This document shows, piece after piece, positions 32,031-42,976 of a DNA stretch of 64,000 bases. How positions within the stretch are numbered: position 1 is the first letter of the stretch; each line of letters begins with the position of its first letter. The position numbers were made by a program, and so were the translations under genes. Below the pieces are notes generated by a model. The model was not told the origin of the DNA. It saw nothing but the letters and a program-made list of their open reading frames with translations, and did not search any database. Location: NCBI RefSeq assembly GCF_009914755.1, contig NC_060939.1. One strand, 5' to 3'. This DNA is from the human T2T-CHM13v2.0 reference genome, Homo sapiens.

Positions 32031-32827
32031 CTGTTATTTAAAAAAAGCATTTTCATTTTTAGGCAAACATATTTGCCTACTTCTTCAATTCCCACTACAA
32101 TATCTTGGGCTTTCTGTAAGCCAGAACAAATTCAACCTTCCCTTATCTTTTCATGTGTCAGCTTTGTGTATGGAAGAAGGCAACTTTTCAAACATATCCT
32201 GAAATCACTGATATTTTGTCTCATTTTTTTCCTTAATTTTTTTAAACCAACATCTGTGATACCCTGATGTAACCATAATTACAAAATGGAAGATTAGTCA
32301 ACGGCAAAATTGGAAAAAGAAGACATATTAACAGAAATAGAGAGATATTTCTCATGAAAAATATACATTTACAGCAAATAGGAATAAATATGTGGCTCCC
32401 TTATTGTATTAAGATAACACAGACCAGCCTTAAGTGCAGATAAAAAATGTAACTTCATGTCAAATGATTTTTTCTTTAACATGAGACGAGAAATGGACTT
32501 TTAATATTTGTTGTATTTTTTTTTTTTTTTTTTTTGCCCTTCAGGCTCTTTACTAAAGCTTTATTCTTTTTCAATACCTTCCACTTTTATTGTACTTAGT
32601 TTAGCATGGTTTATTACATTGTTTTGACTTCATTTGCTGTTTTTTTTTTTTTTTGCTTTGTTTTATTTTTGCCAGAGTTGAAGCTGGGCATTGTTCCACA
32701 TTTAATCTGACAGACAGTCCTGGCAAGTTCTACGGTACTTAGCTAATTGCTCAAAGATGTACCATTGCACCCCATTCATGCCTTGTACATGTCTCCGCAT
32801 GACTTTTAAGGAACAATCCAAACATAC

Positions 32828-32872
32828 TCTCCTCGGAGCCGAAGGAGATTTTTCAGATCAATTTGGTCTTCT
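32828..32872 (-). other. Candidate 45-nt exon
   Basis: ttttattccag|AGAAGACC...GAGGAGA|gtatgt. The only open frame reads EDQIDLKNLLRLRG. Confidence 0.25.
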
Positions 32873-33128
32873 CTGGAATAAAATTACTTTTATCAGTAAC
32901 CAAAGAAAAGACTTTCACAATTACACACTGTCCTTCAGTGCCGTATCCATTTATTATTTTTCCTTCGTTTGCAAACTGAGATATTGATTAAAACTCTGCA
33001 GTTGTAGATTTCTGTGGACTCTGTGCTTGTAAGGAAACACTCTGCAGCATGGGAGAGAATATGGCTCATCAGGAATCATAGCCTTACTACAAAAATCTGT
33101 CCAAGTTGCCACTTAAAGAAAATTACCA

Positions 33129-33684
33129 TGTGCCTTTTTTAGTTCTCCAGAAGCAAAGCCTGAGATAAAGATTCATGGGCAAGTATTAGGTTGGTGCAAA
33201 AGTAACTGCAGTTTTGCCTTCACTTTTAGTGGCAAAAATTGCAATTATTTCTGCACCAACCTAAATAGTTTAAGGTAGCACTCCCAGGATAAAATGGTAA
33301 AAAAAAAAAAAGGAGAAAGTAAGGGGAAGGGGAAGAAGTTAATAAGGTATGATTTCAGGCAAAGTCGAATCTCTAGCTGATTCTGTGGGGAACTCTGGAG
33401 TATAGTTTGCACCTCACAGTTTGTCAAAACTCAAAGCACAGGAGCTGGGCATTCTTGATCGATAAGTCAGCCACTGGCTACAATCTGCCCTGGAGGGGTG
33501 TGAGCTCTAAGGCATGCAGGAAAAGGTGGCTCTCCTAGCCAAGAGATAGATAGTTATGCGAACAGCATTGCAGATACAGGTCATTAGAAGCGAAGTTCAC
33601 AGAAGCTGGAGACAAATGCATGAATATGATTAACGGATTCCAAGGGAAACTTAAAAGAGCATTGACTTCTACACCATGTCTACA
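33129..33684 (-). mobile_element. Old MLT1 LTR hosting a MADE1
   Basis: TTCTCCAGAAGCAAAGCCTGAGATAAAGATTCATGGGCAAGTA matches the reverse of an MLT1 3' end. Far boundary approximate. Confidence 0.55.
33186..33264. mobile_element. MADE1 (Hsmar1-derived MITE), palindromic
   Basis: TTAGGTTGGTGCAAAAGTAA...TTATTTCTGCACCAACCTAA, ~80 bp, preceded by TA. Confidence 0.93.
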
Positions 33685-33750
33685 TCTCGACATATTTGCA
33701 TATATTTTGTATGCTGTCATTCAGTGTTAAAATGTACTATGAATCTAGCT

Positions 33751-34054
33751 CAGTGTTGTCCAATAGAAATATAATGTGAGTCGAATGTGTAATTTTAAAT
33801 GTTCTAGTAGCCACATTAAAAATGTAAAAAAAGTATATATATATATATTTCAATGATACATTTTATTTTATGCAGTATATCCAGACATGTAGTTAATAAA
33901 AAATATTGAGACATTTTATGTTCTGTTTTTGTACTTGATCTTCATAATCAAAGGTGTATTTTGTACTTATTGTACATCTTGATTTGGACTAGTCTCATCT
34001 CAAGTGTGTTCAATAGCTACATGTGGCTAGGGGCTATTGCATTGGACGGCACAG
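33751..34054. mobile_element. MER33-like hAT-Charlie element
   Basis: Termini CAGTGTTGTCCAATAG and ATTGGACGGCACAG. 8-bp TSD ATCTAGCT at 33743-33750 and 34055-34062. Confidence 0.88.
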
Positions 34055-35655
34055 ATCTAGCTGGTTTCTTGAGCTGTTATTTTGGGCATTTAGCAAGTGG
34101 TACAGTTAGAAAATTAATGTTTTATACTTACAATAAGTTGTTTCTATGCTATACTATATATGATATAATCTATAGTATAAACTGCACAGTTCTTGAACCA
34201 TTTTACGTTTTCTGAAAATATCTTTCCTCCTTCCACAAGGGGGCCCCTTATGGCTACTCTTGTACAATGTGACTGTCCAGTTGGACACAACCGATTAATC
34301 AAGATAGACCTGACCCAAGCTGGGCCAATCATATTCACTTTCTTAAAGGATTGGGTACATTCCCAGTGGCTTTACAGATTCTGATTCCAGCACTCTCTGA
34401 AGCTTGGCTTAATTTCTGCCCTTGGTTTTGGTGAAATATGACTGTAAAAATAAAACAATTCTTTATTAAGTTGCTTGCAAGTGAAAGAATCCTAACTAAT
34501 AATGAAAATAGGTACCGGAAGTTCAGAGACACTGTCAATCTGACTGCATCAAGGAAAAGGACAATGAATCTTGCCCATGCTGGACTGGGAAGACAATAGG
34601 CCCTAAAATGACATTCATGTTCACTGTCTTGAAACCTAGACCAGTAGAACTTGATCAGAATTTAGGAGAATTGGATACAAAACTTAAAGATGTCATATCA
34701 CGGCATGTAATTCCTCTTTGGAAACTCCGGAAAAGTGCAGCAGGACAAGGAAACGGGATAATCTAGTGGGAAGGAGATACCGAAAATTCATGTTTATGTC
34801 TTTTTTACCCTAGAGATTATTCTTGACATGGTAGCCATAATGATTCTTTTAAAATCTAAGTCAAATCATGTCACTCTCCTTTTCAAAATATTCTAATGAT
34901 TCCTGAGCAAGAGATCACTCAGCAAAAGTGTGAGATAGCTAAAGTCCTTAAAATGACTCATAGTGGGCAACAGCATCTGGCTTCTAAAAATCCCTCTGAT
35001 TATTTCTTACTATGTCTCTCCTTGCTCATTCCACACAGTACCTTTCTTGTGGTTCATATATGTCAAGTCCCACTTTGAAGCCTTTGCACTGACTGAACCT
35101 TTATCTGAACCACTCTTTGCTTACTTCCTTCAAGATATTTGATATATTTCTTAAATGTCACCTCTCCATAAAGACTACCCTCATCAATCATTTTCTTAAA
35201 ATTATAACCCTTTCTCTTTGGCATCACTACCAAAATCTTCTAACCTTACTATATGGTTTAAAAACTAATATCCCATATAGCCTATATTTGCATATTATAT
35301 AATATATATTCATAATGTGCATTTATTAAGTCTATTTATTTACATACTTTTTAAAAATTCCTCTACCACTAAAATATAAGCTCCATGAGGTCAGGGATTT
35401 TCTTTTTCCATTTATGTATACCACTAATGAACAAAATGATATACACTTAAATGACAACACATATATATATGTGTTCAAGAACTGTGCGGTTTATGCTATA
35501 GATTATACCATATATAGTATAGTGTAGAAACAACTTATTTTAAGTATAAAACATTAATTTTTCTGACTGAACCACTTGGTAAATGCCCAAGTAACAGCTC
35601 AAGAAACCAGCTAGATCTGTGTGCTGTCCAATGCAACAGCCCCTAGCCACATGTA
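34018..35655. repeat. Inverted duplication, arms 34018-34198 and 35473-35655
   Basis: Manual alignment: ~181 bp with 12 substitutions and 3 small indels. Spacer 1274 bp. Confidence 0.95.
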
Positions 35656-36395
35656 TATGTATATATATATGTGTATATAGCCACATGTATATGTATATGT
35701 ATACATATATATACATGTATACATGTATACATACATATACATGTATACATGTATACATACATATATACATGTATACATACATGTATACATACATATATAC
35801 ATGTATACATGTATACATACATGTATACATACATATATACATGTATACATACATATATGTATACATACATATATACATGTATACATGTGTACATACCTAT
35901 ATATACATGTATACATACATATATACATGTATACATACATATGTATAAATGTATACATACATAATATATATATACAGATACATGTGTATATACATATATG
36001 TATATACAGATACATGTGTATATACGTATATCTATACATATAGATATATGTATACGTATATATACGTATATACGTGTATATACACGTATATGTACATATA
36101 CGCGTGTATATATACACGTACGTATATGTATATATACGTACGTGTATATATACCTGTATATATACACGTACGTATATGTACATATACGTACGTGTATATA
36201 TACCTGTATATATATGTATATATGTATATATTTAATATATAAACTATGTGTATATATACACATATATAATATACATATACGTATATAAGTATATATATAC
36301 ATATACTTATATACGTATATGTATATATATGTGTATATATATGTATATACATAGAGTTTATATGTTGAGTAAATTAATCAATGGATGAATAATGA
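34815..36395 (+). mobile_element. L2 3' fragment split by the inverted copy and the TA expansion
   Basis: TCAAATCATGTCACTCTCC (~34861), AAGCTCCATGAGG (~35379), tail TGTTGAGTAAATTAATCAATGGATGAAT (~36363). Confidence 0.6.
35648..36352. repeat. ~700-bp alternating purine-pyrimidine (TA/CA/TG/CG) compound satellite
   Basis: Read directly. A 20-bp unit ATGTATACATACATATATAC, then a 50-bp CpG-containing unit. Confidence 0.97.
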
Positions 36396-36784
36396 ACACA
36401 TACTGCCAAAATTAATTATCTGAGGATCCAAACAAATACATTTATTGGGCACATTGCTACACTGCAGGGACAAAATTATTTTTAGTCTTCTTTCTGCTGG
36501 TAAGATTGGCACACTAATTATGAAAATGTAGGGTCTTCTCATTAGAATGGAGATATGTAAAAGGAATCGAACGTATTCAAGTCTAGCAACAGCATGCCCA
36601 CAAATCCCTTCAGGACACCTTCTCCTGGATTTCACCTTTGAATTTGTAAAAGTTCATGTTGTTGCCTATTGCAAAGTGCAGTCCAGGAGCAGGAAAGAAT
36701 TGCAGGGGTTTTGTTTCATATTTCATCTCTATTGCTCTTTTGTTATCTACTAGTAATGTCCAGAAAACAAATAAGTAAAAATAG

Positions 36785-38990
36785 AGATGATGTCAGCAGA
36801 AGTAGGGGAGTAGGCAACTCTAACAATTCATTCTTCAAACAGAAACAGAAAAATCAAGCAAAGTTGTCAGAATCAACTGTCAGAATCCTGAAAATCATAA
36901 AAGAATTACAATAACCAAGCAAATGCTGAATCAAGAAAAAGACCATTTAAAAATGGTAGAAAAGTTATGTAGCATTTTTACTTGCCCTTGCTCTACCCCT
37001 TCTCCAGTTTGGCAGTGATTTTGAAGACAGCAGCCCACTTTCCCAGAACCTCATTTCCTGATTCTGGAGGGAGTATTACACACCTCATTTGCAAAGAATT
37101 ATGTTTGTTCTAATCTGTCTGTCTGGGGGCTGCTGGAAGAACTGACACAAGTTGCTTGTCATTGTTTTGTCTGATCTGGAACTCACACAGGGTGGAAAAA
37201 CAGCATGCAATCCTTGAGAACCTTGTAAATCAACTGAAGAAGCCAAAATCACCTGAGGCAAAAGATTATGGCTGAAGCATACAGGAGAATACCCAAAGCA
37301 TGGGTGAAAACATAAGAAGAGAGATTCTTTGGGAAAGTAGGCTACTCAAAGACACCTGTGTATACTGAAAGATTTAGAAAGGTACACATATGCCCACGAC
37401 ATGATACATGCTCAGAAAAGACCTGGGAAAGCCCTAAGCTTTCACTTAGGGCTAATCTCTAGGCTTGGAACAAGCAGGAAGCGAAAACTAAGGCTAAACA
37501 TCGAAGGAGTGACCCAGCACATAGCCAATCTGCAAATAACACAGGGGCTATTCCTTTTGAAGGGGTAATATAACACCACTACTTGTTTCTTTCTTTGCCA
37601 TAAAAGACACAGATTTGCAGTCTGTTTTCTTTTTAAGATTGTGAACTAAGAATCATTAACACAAAGTAATAGCTTCAAACATAAGCTTCAAAACATGGAA
37701 GACAGAGGTGGGAGAATAGTACATTCTTTTTGCAGAATAAAGTGAAATTAATCTGATGTTGGAAGGCTGAGCTGTTACTCAGCCTATCCTGCAAAGGCCA
37801 GGATAAATAGATTATTATTATTATTAAAATTTGTTTCCTCCTCTTTTTTTGTCAATTTTCTTATTTTGGAGGTTGACGTTCCTGGCATGTAAGGAAGTAT
37901 CTGCCAAAATACTTGCTGAATACAAACTAAATGAACAGAGACTTTGGAGATCACACGTGAAGAAGACTATACAGTACAAAATTAGTTCAGCAAAATTACT
38001 AAACCAATGGCTACAGCCTATAACAAGCAACTAATACAATTGCAGAGGATAGGGAAAAGTCTGATTTCCAGAGTTATCACACTCTAGTATTAAAAATGTT
38101 TGTTTTCAAAATTATGAAGCACGAAACAAAACAAGAAAGTGTGGTCTATTCACAGAAGAAATTTATAGGAACGGTTCCTGAGAAAGCAGACATTAATTTA
38201 CTAGACAAATAACTGTAATTCAACTACCTTAAAGAGCTACAGGAAACCAGAATAATTACATATGAATAAATAAAAAATATAAATAAAGAGAAACTATAAA
38301 AAACAGAAATTTTAAAGCTGAAGATATAATAACTGAAGCAAAAAACTCACTAAAGGATACCAATAGCAGATTTGAGCAAACAGAAAAGATAATCAGAGAA
38401 AATGTGGGTAGAACCATTTAAAATATTCAGTCTGAGGAACAGAAGAAAAATAGAAATGAAGAAAAAGGAACAGAGCCTAAAGGTTTTGTGGGACACCATT
38501 AGGCATAAAAACATACACATAATGAGAATCCCAGAAGGAGATGAAAGGGAAATAGGAGAGAAAATAATATTTGAAGAAACTCTAAAATTTGATAAAAGAC
38601 ATATCTACACATTCAAGAATCTCATTCTCAGATAAACAAAAGCTGAAGGAGTTCATTGCTGGTAGAACTGCCCTACAAGAAATCCTAATTAGAATCCTTT
38701 GGCTCAAATTAAAGAATATCAGACAGAAAATCAAAGCTATATGCATAAATGATAAATCCTGGTAAAGATAATTACATAAGGATAAAAGCTGATATTATTG
38801 TATTTTTAGTTTTTGTTAACTTTATTTTTTATATGATTTAAATGCATAAAACAATATAAATCTATGTTAATGGATACATCCTATATAAAGATGCAACTTG
38901 CCACAAAAATAACATAAATTGGGGGGAGGGAGGAGCTGTATTAAAGCATAGTTTTTATGGAAACTTTGAATCTATATTTGTATCATTCAG
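36785..38990 (+). mobile_element. Old L1M 5'UTR/ORF1 region
   Basis: ORF 38402..38635 contains EQSLKVLWDTIRHKNIHIMRIPEGDERE, an ORF1p-like motif, in an A-rich strand. Confidence 0.65.
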
Positions 38991-39119
38991 ACTAATTTCT
39001 GAGTGGAACCACTCAGAAAATATCTTTTAAGATACACACAGATGGCAATGAGAAAAAAATTAAAGTGGCATACTGCATACATATACATATACACATACAT
39101 ATATACACACATATATTTT

Positions 39120-41760
39120 TCAGACATTGGACAACAGGTAGGATAAGACTGTGATCCCTAAGAAAATGGAAATTAAAGAGCTGGTCTAAATCACTATCCC
39201 AGTTTTCTGCCTAGAGTCCATTAGCAAAGGAAGAAGAAATTTAATCAGAGCCTGAAGGTTTTGCTGATAAGAGAAGACAGAGAAAAAATCTTGGAAAGTC
39301 AGGGGTAACTAGAATAGGTGAAAGAAGAGCACCAGAGAACAAAGGATTACTCACAGGGAGAGCCACAGAAATCTGCAGGGGCCCTTTTGAGTCTCCGGCT
39401 AAATATTACTCTCTACAGGGAAAGAGTAATCTTCTATGAAACCTAAAAAGAACAATTGCCGGGAAACTATGTGCTAACAACTTCCAGATTTCTTACAGGG
39501 CTGGGAGACATTCAAGTTCCTAATAGCCACAGTGAGTGAGATGGGTTGGCCCTGTGTCCCCACCTAACTCTCTTCTCAAACTGTATTGAGGAAGGACCTG
39601 ACAGGGGAGGGAGGGGTGATTGGATCATGGGGGTGGATTCCTTCATGCTGTTCTCGTGATAGCCAGTGAGTTCTCACGAGATCTGTTGGGTGTATGAGTG
39701 TTTGGCAGTTCCTCCTTTGCTTGCACTGTCTTTTCCTGCTGCCTTGTAAAGAAGGTGTCTGCTTCCTTTTCACCTTCTGCCATGATTGTAAGTTTCCTGA
39801 GACCTCCCCAGCCATGCGAAACTGTGAGTCAATTAAAACCTCTTTCCTTTATAAATTACTCAGTCTTGGGTATTTCTTTATAGCAGTTTGAAAACGGATG
39901 AATACAGTGAGAGACACTGAATTCTGAGCACATTCAGTAGAGATCCAAGTAGGTTACTGAAGCAGTGAGTCTAAACTAGCCTTGGAACAAAGGCTAATCT
40001 ATATCCACATTAACAAAAGTTAAACACAAGCCTTAGAAATGACAAGCTGATCCAAAAGAAATTTAGCTGTCAAAACAAACTGCTGTGCTCTTCAAAGGTA
40101 GACAACAAAATCCAAATACTCAACAATGTAACATTCATAATACTAGACATCCAATAAAAAATATTAGATGAGTGAAGAGCCAGGAAAATGTGAACTATTA
40201 TTACCAGAAGAAAAATCAGTCAACAGAAACAGATTTAAACACAACTGATGACTGAAATAGCATGTAAGCACTTTCAAAATGCTGTTATATGTTCAAAAAT
40301 TAAGAGGAGAATAAGAAGGAAATTATGAGTAAACAAGTGAACAACATTTTTGTTAAAACTCCAGAGCTTAAAAATACGTTATCTGAAATTAAAAGTTCAG
40401 CAAGAGATGGAATTAGCAAAAAATAAACACTGCAGAGAAAAAGACCAGTCAACTTGAAAACAGAGCAGAGGAAACTCAAGCGCACAGAGGGAAGAAACAC
40501 TGAAAAAGTGACCACAACAGCAGTGAACTGCAGACATTATTGAGGTCTAACATGCTTAATTGGATTCTTAGAAAAGAAGCAGAATGGACAGGAAAATATT
40601 AGAGAAATTATTTAAAAACTTCAAATTTGTGAAAATTATGTATTTCTTTATTCAAGAAGCCTCACAAATCCTGAGGAAGAAAAATGAAAAAATGTGACAC
40701 CAAAGCAAATCATTACCGAATTTCTTAAGTCAGTAATAAAAAGAAAATAAAAACAGCCAGAGTGGGGGAAAGCCATATTTTGTATAGGAAAACAAAAATA
40801 AAAATGAATGTAGGCATCTTGTCAGAAACAAAGCAAGCCAGATGATAAAGGACCAGCAACCTTTATGTATTGGAAGGAAAAATAATTGCGAAGACAAAAT
40901 TCTGTAGATAATGAAAATATTCTTCAAAAATGAACACGAAATGATGACGTTTTCTGACAAAAGCACTGCCAGCAGACCTGTAGTCAAGAAATGTTTAGAG
41001 CAGTTCTTCATACCAAAGAAAAATTATACCACATGAAAACTTGGACATATAGAAAACAATAGAGTGTTAGAAATGGTAGTATGTGGGTCGATATAAAAGT
41101 CTATTTCATGTTTAAAAAATTTATTTAATATTTTAACATATAAAGTAAAAATAATAACTATGTGTCGTGAGGTTCCTAACATATAGAAATGAAAGGTATG
41201 CTAACAATAGCACAAAGGTCAGGTGGGAAATACAGAAGCATACTGTTGTATGTTTCTTACATGCTGTAGGATGTTGTATAATATTTTTACAGGTAGCAGG
41301 TAATAAGTTAAAAATGGATTTTTAGATCATAGAGCAATCACTATAAAATTAAATTAAAAATCAGATAAATCTAATAAGCCAAGAGTGGACGTAAGTTGGA
41401 ATAGAAAAATATATTCAGGTAACACAAAATTATTCAGTAAAAGAGGAGAAAAGGACTAAATTATAAATGATGAGAGAATAAAAAAGAAATAGCATGATAA
41501 TCAATTGAAATCTAGTCATATTAATATTTACATTAAATATAAAGAGTTTAAATACTTTAATCAAAATATTGAGATTATCTGACTAGATATGAAAAAGTCA
41601 CTGCTATAGTGATCTCTATAAGAAACCAACTTTAACAGTATGGTACTGGTAAAATATAAACACTTAGATCAATAAAACAATAGTTTATTGAGTGTGACAA
41701 AGATGCCAATGCAATTAGATAGAGAATAGAATCAAACATGGTGCTGGAGAAATTAGCTAT
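39120..41760 (+). mobile_element. Old L1M fragments interrupted by THE1D
   Basis: Degenerate ORF1 and ORF2-like segments (CAGCAGACCTGTAGTCAAGAAATG, TGGTACTGG, GGTGCTGGAGAAATT). Confidence 0.5.
39537..39906 (+). mobile_element. THE1D/MSTA-class solo LTR
   Basis: TGAGATGGGTTGGCC...GGATGAATACA, with TSD GTGAG at 39532-39536 and 39907-39911. Confidence 0.88.
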
Positions 41761-42112
41761 CCAAATGCCTTCTTGTATCTTTACACTAGCCTAGACACTA
41801 GCTGAATGTAGTCAAGTGAATGACCCAAGCCAAAACCTTATAAAATAATAGAATTGTCAAACTGAACCCTGTGCAAATTTCTGATGCACAGGGTATGAGA
41901 AAATAAACTAGTGTTGTTTTAAGTCACTATGTTTTGGAGCTCTCTGTTATGCAGTAATAGATATCTAAAACTTAAATTGTTACCTATACATGAGGTGCTG
42001 CCATAACAAATATCGAATATATGTGACATTGCCATTGGGATTTAGTGGAGAATAGGTACTTAAAGGGCAATAAGAAGCCTGCTACTGGGTGCTAGAAAGG
42101 CATGAGTAAATT

Positions 42113-42523
42113 TGCTATGGTTTGAATGTGTCTCCCAGTTTTCATGTGTTGGAAGCTTAATCCCCAATGTGGCTGTATTGAAGGGTGGAATCTTTTAAGA
42201 GGTGATTGTATCATGAGGGTCCTGACCTCATGAATAGATTAATCCACTTATGGATTAATGGGTTATCATGGGAAACAAACTGGTAGCTTCATAAGAAGAG
42301 AAACAGAGACCTGAAATAGTACACTCAGCCGCCCATCATGTGACATCCTGTGCTGCCTTTGGATTCTTCAGAAAGTCCCGATCAACAAGAAGACTCTCAC
42401 TAGATGCAGTCCCTCAATCTCAGAATTCTCAGCCTCTGTAACTATAAAAAATATACTTCTTTTCTTTACATATTACCCAGTTTCAGGTATTCTGTTATAA
42501 GCAACAGAAAATGAACTAGTACA
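42113..42523 (+). mobile_element. MSTC/MSTD solo LTR
   Basis: TGCTATGGTTTGAATGTGTC...GAACTAGTACA, with TSD AAATT/GAATT. Confidence 0.85.
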
Positions 42524-42611
42524 GAATTGTAAATAAAGGTTGGAGGAAAGATGGTTCGTGTTATGTAATGGCAGAATATTTGGAAACACTGTCATCTTAG
42601 GTGACTTAGAA

Positions 42612-42952
42612 CAGGGATCCCTGACCCCCAGGCTGTGGACTGGTACTGGTCTGTGGCCTGTTAGGAACTGGGCCACACAGCAGGAGGTGAGCAGAGGGCA
42701 AGCAAGCATTCCTGCTTGAGCTCTGCCTCCTGTCAAATCAGCCAGGGCATTGGATTCTCATAGGAGCACAAAGCCTATTGTGAACTGCACATGCGAGGGA
42801 ACCAGGTTGCAAGCTCCTTATGAGAATCTAATGCCTAAGAATCTGAGGTGGAACAGTTTCACCACAAAACTATGTCCCACCACCACCCCATCCATGGAAA
42901 AATTGTCTTTCATGAAATCAGTCCCTGGTGCCAAAAAGGTTGGGGACCATGG
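42612..42952 (+). mobile_element. MER1B hAT-Charlie element
   Basis: CAGGGATCCC...GGTTGGGGACCATGG, with 8-bp TSD ACTTAGAA at 42604-42611 and 42953-42960. Confidence 0.9.
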
Positions 42953-42976
42953 ACTTAGAAGACAGAAAACTTACCC

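Noticed and set aside
35540-36352. Many overlapping 85-219 aa ORFs rich in Y, I, M, C, H, V and T
   Set aside because: Alternating R/Y repeats cannot encode stop codons, so these are artefacts of the satellite.
35648-36352. Repeat array as CRISPR-like or a coded system
   Set aside because: No unique spacers or cas genes, and the context is primate DNA. It is a compound satellite.
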